From Salpingoeca rosetta (Eukaryota; Protista; Choanoflagellata), in assembly GCA_033442325.1 (NCBI GenBank), contig JAWQFM010000017.1, positions 74,432 through 138,431 on the forward strand: 64,000 nt of DNA. The letters are read 5' to 3'. This document shows positions 51,569 through 64,000 of this stretch, one piece after another (position 1 is the stretch's first letter; each line of letters starts with the position of its first letter). The notes below the pieces were generated by a model. The model was given only the letters and a program-made list of their open reading frames with translations, was not told the origin of the DNA and searched no databases. A program made the position numbers and the translations under genes.

Positions 51569-51676
51569 CTCCGCCAACAAACGCACAAACAGCAAGGCAA
51601 GCGACAAGCCGAGCAACAGGGAAGAAGTGTGTGATTTCCTCCTCTTCTTCCTCTTCGCACAAATCCAAACAAGAAG
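51569..51676. promoter_or_regulatory. Probable compact bidirectional promoter / shared 5' region
   Basis: 108 bp between the CSN5 ATG (51568, minus) and the candidate ATG at 51677 (plus), which is followed by an AG|GTGGGG donor-like site at ~51855. Confidence 0.5.
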
Positions 51677-52473
51677 ATGGAGGCGAAGAGAAAGACAGCA
51701 GCCACAGCAACTGCTGGTGGTGGTGGTGGTGGTGCGCGCACACCGCGCACGCCCCAACAGCAGCAGCAGCAGCAAGCGCAGGGACGACCGGCGTCTTCAA
51801 GCAGCAGTGGCAGCTCCACAACAGGGTCTGCTCGCTCTTCTCGTCGTCGCACAGGTGGGGTGTTTTGGGAGAAGCAGAGTACGAGAGCACGTTGATCGCG
51901 TTGACCGTGTGATAGTGTGGTTGCAGTTGTTCTGCTGTATCGCATGCAGCATCTTGCCAGCATCCACAATGATGCATGCACACACACACACACACGCACA
52001 TACACTCATCCACACACGCACATGCACTCACACTCGCTCACACACATGCACTCACACACACACACACACACACTCTCTCTCTCTCTCTCTCTCTCCTCTC
52101 TCACCGAACCACACATATCGCACTGCCTCCAACAGGCCGCCGTTTACCAACACCAGGTCAGTAGTGCAGTGCAATGTGACGATCCGATCGCTGTTGTAGT
52201 GTCACCCCCCCCCACCTTCTCATCATAGACACAAAGACGCCGACTCTCATCCTTTGTTGCACGCATGCATGCACCTGTTGGTGGAACCAAAGGGGCGAAA
52301 GCGCCAGCGACAGCACGGACGCCATCCAGCAAAGCTCGGCCTGGCAGCGGCTCATCTGCGGCCGATGCAGAAGCACGGCGCAAACGCATGGAGGAAGCGC
52401 GTGCGCGCAAGAAGGCAGAGGACAAGGCTCGCCACGAACACATGGTCGCTCTCGCACAACAGTCCGAGGTGTG

Positions 52474-52521
<48 letters not shown>

Positions 52522-53109
52522 TCACTCCGGCTTCAGTTGTCTTGTCCACGACGTCTTTGCTATCCCTTTCCATTCTCGCCCCCCCCCCTCACCACCGCCA
52601 CCATCATGTGATTACAAAGGCTCGAGCGGCCAAGGCAGCACAACGGCGTGCAAAGCAGCCGTCCCCGAAACAACAGCAGAAGCAGACACACGCACCTACA
52701 TCCCCGACTCCCTCGCCAGCAGCGAAACACCCAAAGACTGCCAAGACCACACGTTCCCCAGCCAGCAGCACTTCCGCAACCACAGCGATCGCTGCTGCAG
52801 CCACCAAGAAGGACAATGCCAAAGCAGATAAGGGGAAGGAGAAGGGGAAAGAGAAAGGAACGGGGAGAACAGGCCTGTTCCGCGCAGCCCGCATGTCAAA
52901 GGGGAAGGAGGATAAGAACGGCAAGCAAGACAGCAACAAGAAGAAGGCCGATGTGCAGGTGTCACTCATGGAAGCGACAACGGCTGGTGCAGCAGCATCC
53001 CAAACGGCGAGCACCAAATCGCATGCAGCGCCGCCATCGCCGACGCGGCCCACGTTTTCTCGCTTCTCTCAACTCGACCCAGCGCCATCCACGGTACGCT
53101 GTATGGATG

Positions 53110-53185
<76 letters not shown>

Positions 53186-53241
53186 CGCGCATGTGTGTGT
53201 ATGTGTGTATGTGTGTGTGTGTGTGTATGTGTGCATGTGTG

Positions 53242-53279
<38 letters not shown>

Positions 53280-54599
53280 TGTGCCGTTTGTGGGCGCATT
53301 TTTTCCTTCCTCACGTTGCGCGCAAGCAACCCTCCCTTCTTACCCACTTTGCACACTCACGCACACTCACAACACACCCCGTGCACGCTGCCAGCCCACC
53401 ACGAGTGCGTCATCATCGCGTCGCAGCAGCAAGAGAGATACGCGCGCCTCCAAGGACGTCGGCAGGGCACAACCTGCCAACGGCGAAGCAGCCGATGAGG
53501 ACGTCGGCGGCACACGCGACCGTGATCGTTCCAACACTGGTGCCGACAGCGACAGCGGTGAGGGCGAGGATGACGAAGTGACGAGTGCACGCGGGTCTGG
53601 CGGCGGCGGTGAGCACACCTTCTCCCGGAGCGCGAGCGTCCGCAAGCAGATACAGTACACGCTGCGCCGGCAGGAGTCTGAGGCGCTGATACAGGAGCTG
53701 TTGGACGGTGATGTGGCGTCGGCATCGTCATCCACATCATCTCCATCGCTCTCACGCACGCAGCACGCCCGCCACAGTCAGCAGCAGAAGCTGAACGAAC
53801 TCGGCGAAGAGGAACAGCAGCAGCAGCAGCAGCAGCATCATCAGCAGCGGAGGGAGGTGGATTTGCGGCTTGGCGGGAGTGTTGGTGATGATGCCGGTGC
53901 TCGCGATGGCAGCGGCAGTGATGAGGACGAGGAGGAAGGCCCGCCACCGCCACTTCCAACATCATCGCCACCGCCACTCGATGTGCACGAGGAAGCGGAT
54001 GAGGAGGAAGCACGTTTGGACGATGCAGATGCAGGCGCGAAAAGGGATGATGCGGAGAAGAACGAAGAACGGGCCGCGACGACAATGGGTGGTGATCACG
54101 GCGCCACTTATGGTGGCGAACGTGACGCAAAGGCGACGCACACGGCCGCACACGCTGCCGACACAGGAACGTCAGCAGAGAGCGAGGCCGCTGCGTCACT
54201 GCCAGCAGAATCCCGCGTACACACGCGCGATGAACGACCACTTGTCCTGGCGGAACGCAAAGCTTCACTGCGATCGGCACTGGCCGACCACCTAGGCGGT
54301 GGCGGTGGCAGTGGCGATGATAACCAAAAACAGCAACAACAACTGCTGCAGCCTGGTGAGCAGGAGCCAAAGCTGGTGTGGAAGAAGCATCAGCTGCACA
54401 TCAACAAAGGCCACGGTCCCCTCGGTTTTGCCATCAAGAAGAAACGCAGCACAGATCTCCCGTACCACCTCTGCACAGGTAACACTTTTAATTGTGTGTG
54501 TGCGTGTGTGCGTGACTGTGGGTGTATGCACATGTGTGTGTGTGTGTTCGTGTGCGTGACTGTGGGTGTATGCACATGTGTGTGTGTGTGTCTGTGTGG

Positions 54600-54658
<59 letters not shown>

Positions 54659-56284
54659 TCGGTGCACCTTCGTGTGCAAGCACCTTGCTTTTGTTTCCGC
54701 TTCCAAGATTGCGTTTTGCGTTATTGGGGCCGGCTGCCTTGCTCATATCCACCGCCATCACCACAACCATCACCTGCCGCCGTGTCAGGCACGGTGAAGG
54801 AGGGTGGGGCTGCGCGCCACGCTGGACTGCGCACAGGGGATGTGCTGTGCCGCATCAACGGCCGTGATCTGAGGTCAACCAGCAAGGAGCAGGCCACGTC
54901 GCTGCTGCGGCACGCATCCGGCACCGTCGCCATCACCGTGTACAGGCGGCAGCTGGCGAGCGAGACAAGCGGGCCGACAACACCGCAGATGGTGCGGCGA
55001 CAGCGATTCATGGCAGCCCAGCAGCAGCAGCAGCACCAACACGATGCCGACCAGCATCGGCAGGAGCGTGACCAGCACCAACAGTACGGGGAAGTGCCAC
55101 CGTCGCCGGCGTCTGTGGTGACGGCCACATCACCGCTCACGCCATCGGGCGACGCGACGGGCGCAGAGGAGAAGGAGGATAGCAGTGATGCAAAGGGCGC
55201 TGGCGCAGTGGTGGTTGACTTCACGACGCCCAAGGAGCAAGAAGAGACGATTGCAGAGATGCGTGATACAGAGCAGCGGGAGACGAAAGAGGCAGGAACA
55301 GCACAAGAGCAAGAAGCAGAAGAAGGGAAAACAACAGAGTCAACAGCGACGACGGATCGCGTGCAGACCGAAGCAGAACAGCGGCAACAGCTGCGGACAG
55401 AAGAGGCAGAAGAGAGGGCGGAAGCAAAGGCCGCCGCCTCCGACACGGCCGCCGCTGCTGCTGCTGCTGATGGCACCACCGACCAAGTCATTGACGAAGA
55501 CGATGATGATGATGATGACAATGAAGATGATGACGAGTTCCATGATGCTCGAACAGGTGAAGAGGAGGATGAGGACGACGACGACGACGATGAGAAGTAC
55601 TGCGGTTTCCCATCGTCGCCCGACCAGCGGGAAGCGCACGCAACTACCGTCACAAGAGCCGGTGCTGGTGACCATGATGATGTTGGTCGTGGCAGCGGGC
55701 GTGGTGGCATGGCGATGTCTGGCCCTCCGTCGCGTTTCTCCGGTCCGCGAACGGAATATCTCCAGCGGCAGGTGAGATAACATGGAAGCAGTGCTGACGT
55801 GATGGCAACACGCTGGGTCTTTGCCTTACTTAACTGTGACATGCTGTTGTGTTCTTCGTGTGCATAGTGTTCTTCGTGTATATGCCCACGTCCACGCTCA
55901 CATGTGCGTGTGTGTATTTGTGCGTGAACAGGTGTCGGCCATGCGTAGTGTTGACGAGGAAGAGATGCAGCAGCAGTTTGAAGAGGCGCTTGCATCCACC
56001 GCTCGTCCGCAGGTGCGAACACACCACGCGTACTGCAGTTGATGTGTTCGCTCGTGCAAGCCGTCCAGTCACAACCACACTGCGATGGTCACTCAAGCAC
56101 AACTTGGCGCGTGCTTGCTTGCATGCATGTATTCATGTTTGTATGGGTAGGAGACGCGTGTACATGTGACAACTGAGGGCGGGGAACCAATGCCCATCGA
56201 CGCTGCGTTTGTTTCTGGCGCCGTGGACAACAACAGGCGTTACATCATGTCCCAGGTTGGCGCTCGCGTCCGTGTTTTGTGGTG

Positions 56285-56367
<83 letters not shown>

Positions 56368-56920
56368 ATCACCTTGTAATTTGTTGTGTTGTGTTACAGG
56401 TTCGTGCTTGTGGTGTCGTTTCATGGACACTTCCGTTCCTTCACCGCGGCGCACAAGCAATCGCTCACTCGTTTGCACGCGTCACTCACACCACCACCAC
56501 CGCAGCCACCGACCGAGGACACGGCAGCCGCCTTCTGGCAGATGGTCTGGGATCAGGATGTCAGAGCCATCATCGCTGTCTCGGACAGCAACAGCGGCGA
56601 CGACAGCACCGGCGTATCGTGTGTGCCCAACACACTAGCAAGCGAAACGTACGGACGCGTTGTGGCGGGTCTTGTATCCAAAGGAGAAGAGGAGTGGTGG
56701 GTACAGCGACAACTGCTGATTGAGTGCGATGGCCGCCGCCGCCCAGTCCTGCACATGACCGTGCACATACCGACACCGGTGTCAACACATCGCCAACACC
56801 TTCAATCCCTGACAGCCCTCGTTCGCCACCTCCGCACCCTCGCCGCAGCCGCCGAAGGTGTGAAGCAACCGTACACGTGCGTGGGTGTGCTGTGTGTGCG
56901 TGCGTGTGTGTGTGTGCGTG

Positions 56921-56966
<46 letters not shown>

Positions 56967-59152
56967 TGAATTTCGTGCCCACATCTGTGTCTGTGTCCGC
57001 ATGTGTCCGATTCTGCCCACCTGCGTAACAACCGGCTTTGGTCTCGCAGCATTCACGCACACTCATTCACTCGCTCGCCCTTTGCAAACTCAACACACCT
57101 TCGCACACACCTGCACACGCGCCAACAGGTCCGCTGCTGGTGTATGAGACGAGCGAAGCCGAGCAAGAACAAGATGGTGACAATGACGAGGAGAGCCGTG
57201 GTGCCTCGGGCCTTGCTGGTGTTCTTGTCGCTGTTCACCGCATGTACGACGCGATTGCGGCGCAGCTGGAGCCCATCAACACCGCCGCCACCATCGCCGA
57301 CATGTGTGCACAGCGGGAGGGCGCCGTGCGGACGCGTGAGCAGTGCGCAACCGTGCACGCAGCGGTGCTGCTGCTGTTGGAGATGGAACAGAGCGAACTG
57401 CAAACGCAGCTGGAAGCAACAGAGGAGCGTGCCCACTCACGACAACAGGCGTGGTCAGATGCCAGCAGCAGCACGGCCACAAAGGACCAACAGCAGCACG
57501 AACAACAGCCGCCATCCAAGTCGTCGCCTTCTGCAGTCCATCCTGCACCACCCAAATCCTCCACCGCAACACCGTCATCAACAACAGCAGCAGCTGCTGC
57601 GTCAACAGCAACATCAACAGCAGTGCGTGCACTGGAGACGGGCACGGCGTATGGGCCAACGCGTCCCATGAACGTGACGCAGGAGCAGCTGCAACACTTG
57701 CGGCAGACCCCTGTACAGCGCTGGCGGCACAACGACGTGCTGCTGTTCCTGGCGTACCTGGACCTGTCGTGCCTGCAGGCACACCTCTCGTCCAAGAAGG
57801 GGCGCAAGGGGCGCAAGGTGAACGGGCGCGTGCTGGCCTCTCGACCGCACCAGCTGCTGGCGTGTCTCGGCACCAGCGTCGCCAGCCACCACCGTGAGCG
57901 GCTGCTCGCCGGCGTCTCCGCCCTCTGTGCGCGCGATTCCCGCCTCCTCTTCACGGCCGACCGCGATGCAGAGCTGATCAAGCACACGGGGGCGCACCAG
58001 CTCTCGTGCGGGGCCACGGCACTGCCTGCATTTGTCAAGCGGGGTGGCGCCGTCGCCGTGCGCATCGACTGCTCAGACGTGTGTGCAGGCATGGGCCGCG
58101 TCATGTATGTCATGCAGCCAAAGGCAGAGGCAACGACGGAGGATGTGCTGGCGTTTGCGGTTGGCAAGTGCAACCTCGGCACCATCCCACTCACGGCGCT
58201 GTCGTGTGTGCTTTACTCGCATACCCACGACACGGCACGTGAGATTGGGCCGTCACCGCGTGATCTCCGCGACGCCGCCCTCCGCATCGTGCACTCGTGC
58301 GGGGAGGAGGACATGTGCATCCGCTGGCGACACACGTGCGCAACCGGCATGAAACGCGTCCACGTCGACATTTCCACCCTCACTGGCGCAGCTGCCACCG
58401 CCGCTGACACAGCAGACCGCACAGGCAACAGTACTCGTGTGTCTGTGATGGCGGGGCCAAGGACACCGGTGTCGACGGTGATTGCATCCGTGCTCGCCGC
58501 TGCTGCTGCTCCTGAATCTGTGGAGTCGTTTGCTATCGAGTTCTTTGACACGCGGCTCATGCCAACAGATGCCCTCGCACCGGCCTTTGCCAATGGTGTG
58601 TGTATGTGTGTGTGTGTGTGTTGAGGGGGGGGGGGGGTTGTGTTTTTTCGGGCCTGTGTGTGCCTGTGTGCCTGTGTGTTCCTGTGTGCCTGTGTGTGCC
58701 TGTGTGCCTGTGTGTCTCGTGTGTGTGTGTGTGTGTGTGTGGTGTGTGTGAATGTGCCTGGACCTGGAATTTCACCGAAATATTTAAAAAACCCAGCCAA
58801 TTGTTTCTGACACTGGTTGTTCCGCATTTGAATTCCTTTTAAAGTTTAAAAGGGAGGGGCGGGGGATCCTAAAAATAAGACCGGGCCGAAATTTNNNNNN
58901 NNNNNNNNNNNNNNNNNNNNNNNNNNNNNNNNNNNNNNNNNNNNNNNNNNNNNNNNNNNNNNNNNNNNNNNNNNNNNNNNNNNNNNNNNNNNNNACACAC
59001 ACACACACATATGCAAACACATACACGCGTGTTGGCTGCGTTCGCCATTTCAGGCGGAGAATGCGCAGTTGCGCCAACAGCTTCAACAGCAGGCTGATGT
59101 TGATGACCTCAGACACCAGGTGTGCGAAGGGCGTACTTTCAACGCTTGTGGA

Positions 59153-59233
<81 letters not shown>

Positions 59234-62200
59234 TGCAAGCAGGCATATTTGAAAGCTTCCAGCCCCTCATGCCATGTCATGCCACCGCCTTGTGCAACGT
59301 ATGGTCGTAGGTCGCTGCATATGAACAAGAGATTGCACAGCTGCGGCAGGAGTTGCAGTCAAGCAACAACGAACGAGCCCAAGCAGAGGCAAAGGCAGCA
59401 GAGAAGACGGATGACGACTCAACGCTGCAGGCGAAACTCAAGTACAGATATTGAAGTGCTGTCATCACACTCACTCACTCACTCACTCACTCACTCACTC
59501 ATTTGAGTTAACCTAATTCATGCACTCGCTTACATACACACCACACTCACCATGACAGCGCGGAGGTGGCTGCCCTTGAGGCGCAGGTGGCGGCGGCGCA
59601 GGAAGAAGCGACGAAGCAGCTAGCAGCAGAACGAGCAATGCGTGAGGAGATGGAGCAAGCGCTCACATCTGCAGTGCACAGCGGCAATGATGAAGCACTG
59701 CCCGCTGCCGCTGCCCTTGAGGTACAAATCCCTGTCATTCTGACCCTGGCAAGGGCGGTAGTGGTCACTGTTGTGTGCAGTGAAGGCACGCGGGCGTACG
59801 TTCTTTTGAGCACATACATACGCTTACAATCACACACACGCACACACATTTACACACCCATATTCACACACACACATATTCACACGCACACCAACGACCC
59901 ACCACCACCGTCAACCAGCGTGCTGCGTCCGCCCGTGACGCGATGGTGCGTGACTTGTCTGCGCAGGTGTTTGCGCTGCGCCGCGCGTGTGTCGAGAAGG
60001 AGCGGCTGCGGTTTTCAGAGCAGAGCAGCGACTCGCCCGAGGCGAAGGAAATCCAGGCCATGCTCGACGAGAAGCTGAAGCTGGCGGTATGTGGTATTGG
60101 TGGCGGTGGTGGCGGTGATGGTGGCCGAGTCATGTGATCGATTGTTCGTGTTGTTTGATTGTTGATGTTGTTTGCCATGTTGTTGTTTTGTTCAGTGTTT
60201 TCCACGAGATGGTGGCATCCGATATGGCAGCTGTGATGTGGGACAGATGAGTGCTGTTTGTTGTGCTTGTTTGGACGCGCACACCACACTTGTCTCACAT
60301 TCAACATTTACATACGCACATACAATGCACGCGCAAACACACACACACACATGCAACACACATGCATTCATGCGCACAACCCGTTCCCCTGCATTCGACA
60401 TTGCAGGGCGAGGTGCAGACGTTGACTGCGCGCGTGTACGAGCTGGAGACGGAGCAGGAGGCGACAACACGATCACGCATGGCCATGAGCCCGGCGTCCC
60501 ACGTCGCATCGGTGTTTGGGGACGCGTCAGCGCGCAACTCACCCGCACTCTTCCGCCGCGCGAACAACGACCGTGAAGGCGACAGCGACACGGGCGCCAG
60601 CAGCGACGTGGTTGGGCCAACGGCGGCTGTGCCTGCAGGCACAAATGGTGATGGCGGTGGCACCTTGACGCAGCTCTTCAGCATCATCCAGTGCAGTCTT
60701 GTTCTTGCTGTGGAAGTGGAGAAGGCGGATGAACCGCTGGGCATGGCCCTTCGGTCGTCACGGTTCGGGTCAGACTCCAACGCCCTGTCGGTGATTGCTG
60801 TTCGCGGCGTCACGCCAAACGCGGCCGCACACCGGGCCGGCATTGAGAGCGGCGACCTGGTGGGTGGCGTTGTTTGTTTGTTTGTTTGTTTGTTTGTTTG
60901 TTTGTTTGTGTGTGTTTGTTTGTTGTGTGTGTTTGTGTTTGTTTGTTTGTTTGTTTGTGTTTGTGTGTGTTTGTTGTGTTTGTTTGTTTGTTTGTGCGTG
61001 TGTGTACATTAGTGTGTGTGTGTGTGTGTACGTTAGTGTGTGTGTGTATGTTTGTCTGTCCGTCTTGTGTGTGTGTGTGTTACTGTGTGCGTATGTCCAT
61101 ATGTCCGTGTCTGTATCTGTGTATTCATCCATCAGGTACACTGCCGCGCACACGGCGTACAAATTGCAAACACCTTTCCCCTTTCCCTCGCCCCCCCCCC
61201 CCCTCACCACAACCCAACCTGCACACCCCACAGCTGTTGCAGATTGACGACGTGTATCTGGTCGACGCCACGAAGCGACAGGCCGTGGCCGCGGTGCAGG
61301 CAGCCGGCGACCGCGTGCGTATTGTGCTCGCCCGTCCCGGTGGGCTTGACGTCGCATCCAGGAAGGCAAGTGCACCGCCGACCGCAACCGCAACGACCAC
61401 GACCACAACAGCCGATGTTACGATGGGTGCCGCTGGTGGCACCAGCGATGGTGATGGCGATGGTGCTGTTCCCTCGGCGGGCAGTGGCAGTGCGCTGAAC
61501 GACGACGCGGAACAGCTGTTGCAGCGGCTGCGGGAGAAGGAACGGGAGACAGAGAGCCTTCGTGCGCGCCAGAAGTCGCTGTTGAAGCAGCACGACGAGC
61601 ACGTGGCCGCACTGCAGCGGTACGAGAGAGAGCGCGATGCTGTGCTGAGAAAGGCAGCCAGCACCCGTGCCCGCCTCAGCCGCAGCAGTGGCAGCGACAG
61701 CACGTCGCACATCACGACCGCCACGAGTGCTGTGAACACACCGTCACCGCCGCCCAACAAGGGCGATGAGGGAGAGGCAGGAGAAGAGCACGAAGAAGAA
61801 GAAGAGGATTTCCAGTCCCGGGTGTTTGGCGTGCTGGAGACATCGCAGCAGAATGCAGTGGAGGTTGAGCGACTGCGCGGTGAGGTGGAGCGGCTCAAGG
61901 CGAGTGTGCAGGAGTACAGCGACGCGCTGGCGAGTGCACAGGCGACGCTGGCAAAGGAGAAGGAACTACACACGTCCGCATCCGACACGCGCGCGCGGGA
62001 AGAGCAGCTGCGACGTGACCTCGCTGCAAAGACGATGGAGTTGGATGTGCTCAAGGGGACAGCGGCCGCGATTGAGGAGTCGCTGCAGGAGGCGCACAGC
62101 ACCATCAGCGGTCTGCGCACAGAGAACTTGCAGCTGCACGAAAAGCTCAACAGCGAGGGCGGCTCCCCGAAACAGGTGTGTGTTTTTGTGTGTGTGTCGT

Positions 62201-62307
62201 TGTGTGTGTCGTTGTGTGTCTGTGTGTCTGTGTGTCTGTGCGTGTGTCTGTGTGTCTGTGCGTCCGTGTGTGCGTGTTTTTGTGTGTGTGTGTCGTTGTG
62301 TGTGTCG

Positions 62308-62350
<43 letters not shown>

Positions 62351-64000
62351 AGTGTGTGTTTTTGTGTCGGTGTGTCGGTGTATCTGTGTGTGTCTGTGTG
62401 TCTATCTGTGTGTCTGTGTCTGTGCGTCTGTGCGTCTGTGTGTGTGTGTGTGTGTGTGTGTGCGTCTGTGTGTCTGTGTCTGTGTGTACCTGTGTCTGTG
62501 TGTCTGTGTGTGCGAAACCACATTTCGCTCCCCGTTCGCCCATGCTTGGGATTCATTGGCCACACGCTTTCCTCCCCCCCCCCCTTTTTTTTCTTATCAA
62601 TCCCACGCTTCCCCCCCCCCCCTTCCACCCAACACGCACGCACGAATTGCAGACGGCCAAGCTGAAGGAGGTGATGGCGAAACACAACCAGGAGAAGGCC
62701 AAGTACCGGTCCCAGCTCGATGCCATGAAGAAGAAGGTGAAGGAGGCAGAGGCACGCCAACGCGGCGACACCAAGCGGCTGCAAGGCGAACTGACACGCC
62801 TGCAGAAGGCGCTGGCTGATGAGGAGGGGCGGGCGGCGCAGTTGGAGGAGAAGGCACGCGAGTTGCAGCAAGAGCGCGACGAGCTGCAGTCACGCGTGCA
62901 CAAGCTGGAGACAGACGCATCGACGCTCACGGCGCAAGCTAAGGAGGCGGCAGATGTGCAGCAGCGCACAGAGGCCGCGATGAACACGTCCATTGGTAGT
63001 CTGGACCGCGACCTGCAGGCAAAGACGGCAGAGGCGGAGCGGCTGCGAGCGCGTGTGCAGGAGCTGGAGAAGCAGGTGGGGCAGCAGCGCAGCAAGCTCG
63101 ACGGGCGTGCAGCCGACTTTGAGACGGGGAAGAAGGAGTACAGGGAGGAGATGAACGCGCGTGTTGCGGGTGCGGAGGCGGCGGCGACAGAGGCACGGCG
63201 GGAACGCGACAAGTCTCTACAGGAGCTGGCGCAGCTGCGAGCTGAACTGCAGGCGAAGGACTCACTGGTGTCATCACTACAAGAGGAGCGCCATCAGTTG
63301 CTGCAGCAGGTGCAGCCCGGTGCAACAGCACGCCGTGGTGATGGTGGTGATGATGGTGGCCACAGCGGCCAGGCGAAGAACGGCAACGGGAAGCCAGCGT
63401 CATCAGAGGTGAGCGTTTGTACGTGTGTGTGTATCTGTTGTATGTGTGTTGTGTGTGCGAGTGTGTGTGTGTATGTGGTGTGTGTGTGTGTATGTGTGTG
63501 TGCGTGTGTGTGTGTGTGTAGGAAAGAGTTGTGACTTGAGACTTCATCGTGTATTCATGCACCTGTCTCACACTCGCGTTCTCACAATGCACTCGCTCCC
63601 TCTGCCACCTCTCTGTCCATTTTGTTTCTTGCTTGTGCAGCTGTGGGACATTGTGTGCAGCAAGAGCAAAGAGGAGGTGCTGAAGATGCTTGAGGACCGC
63701 GACGAGGAAGCGGAGCGGCTGCGCACGTACATCGAAGGCCTTATGGAGGTCATCATCGACAAGTCGCCAGACATCCTGGAGCACGTCAACAAGCTCAACG
63801 TCTCGGTACGCGTGCGTGGCAGGGTGTTGTCGAATCCACCATGCTGTGTGCATTGTGCTGCGTGGCTTGCTGTCTCGCTACACTGTCGGTGTGCTCACTC
63901 ACTCATGAATAGTACTCACACGTGTTTGACGACTTTGCACGACCTTGTACGTGACAGCAACACGGCTTTGTTGGGTCGCTGCGTCGCTCACACCGCCGAT
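51677..64000 (+). CDS. Multi-exon scaffold: low-complexity N-term - PDZ - acidic linker - pseudo-PTP - SAM - RA/Ubl-like x2 - coiled coil - PDZ - coiled coil - FIP-RBD-like; 3' end probably just outside window; could be two genes
   Basis: Same-strand exons separated by GT-AG microsatellite introns (e.g. donors 52469, 53093, 54479, 55772, 56255, 62176, 63409). PDZ: [10 protein letters not shown]|[28 protein letters not shown]-like: IDAAFV..YIMSQ|[32 protein letters not shown]: [28 protein letters not shown]2: [25 protein letters not shown]|LLQID. RBD: [39 protein letters not shown]. Confidence 0.75.
54388..54950 (+). other. PDZ domain 1 (two exons)
   Basis: [18 protein letters not shown]... 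| [53 protein letters not shown]. Confidence 0.9.
55933..57385 (+). other. Protein-tyrosine-phosphatase-like domain lacking catalytic motif
   Basis: Degenerate equivalents of YINA, YIATQGP, TxxDFWxMVW, PILVH and QRxxxVQTxEQY motifs in the right order; no HCxAGxGR and no WPD. Confidence 0.82.
58895..58994. other. Assembly gap (100 N)
   Basis: Run of N. Confidence 1.
60700..61338 (+). other. PDZ domain 2 (two exons)
   Basis: [14 protein letters not shown]...[20 protein letters not shown] | [34 protein letters not shown]. Confidence 0.88.
63641..63805 (+). other. Rab11-FIP-type Rab-binding domain (FIP-RBD)-like exon
   Basis: [22 protein letters not shown] matches the FIP pattern LxxYIDxLLxxIMExxPxILE, at the end of a long coiled coil. 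Confidence 0.8.

Noticed and set aside
54508-54592. ~44-bp direct repeat in an intron
   Set aside because: Local slippage within a GT microsatellite; no sign of function.
58760-58894. AT-rich segment next to the gap as a possible foreign element
   Set aside because: Homopolymer-rich sequence abutting Ns after a microsatellite; looks like a low-quality read end.

Overview
Eukaryotic, GC-rich, intron-bearing DNA with (CA)n/(GT)n microsatellites in most introns and UTRs and three 100-N gaps. The style is most consistent with a choanoflagellate such as Salpingoeca rosetta (inferred from sequence style, not from a search). Six genes can be read. (1) A minus-strand HET/TIR-like + 42-aa TPR-array gene running off the left edge. 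(2) An orphan ~7-TM membrane protein broken by an exact 148-bp tandem duplication. (3) A minus-strand 8-exon gene that I can splice by hand into TIR - polyQ - PDZ - PDZ - UBA - DUF1771-like - Smr nuclease; an 8-bp near-duplication frameshifts its TIR domain. (4) A ~37.8-kb, apparently intronless gene for a giant (~12,500 aa) single-pass surface protein built from IPT/TIG and bacterial-adhesin-type cadherin-like modules in a ~4.5-kb higher-order repeat. It has near-identical internal duplications and four frame breaks that look like assembly problems. (5) CSN5/COPS5. (6) Head-to-head with CSN5, a multi-exon scaffold gene with PDZ, catalytically dead PTP, SAM, possible RA-like, coiled-coil, PDZ and Rab11-FIP RBD-like domains. 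All domain calls come from motif recognition by eye. The best novelty candidates are the TIR-PDZ-UBA-Smr fusion, the giant adhesin and the pseudophosphatase-FIP scaffold.
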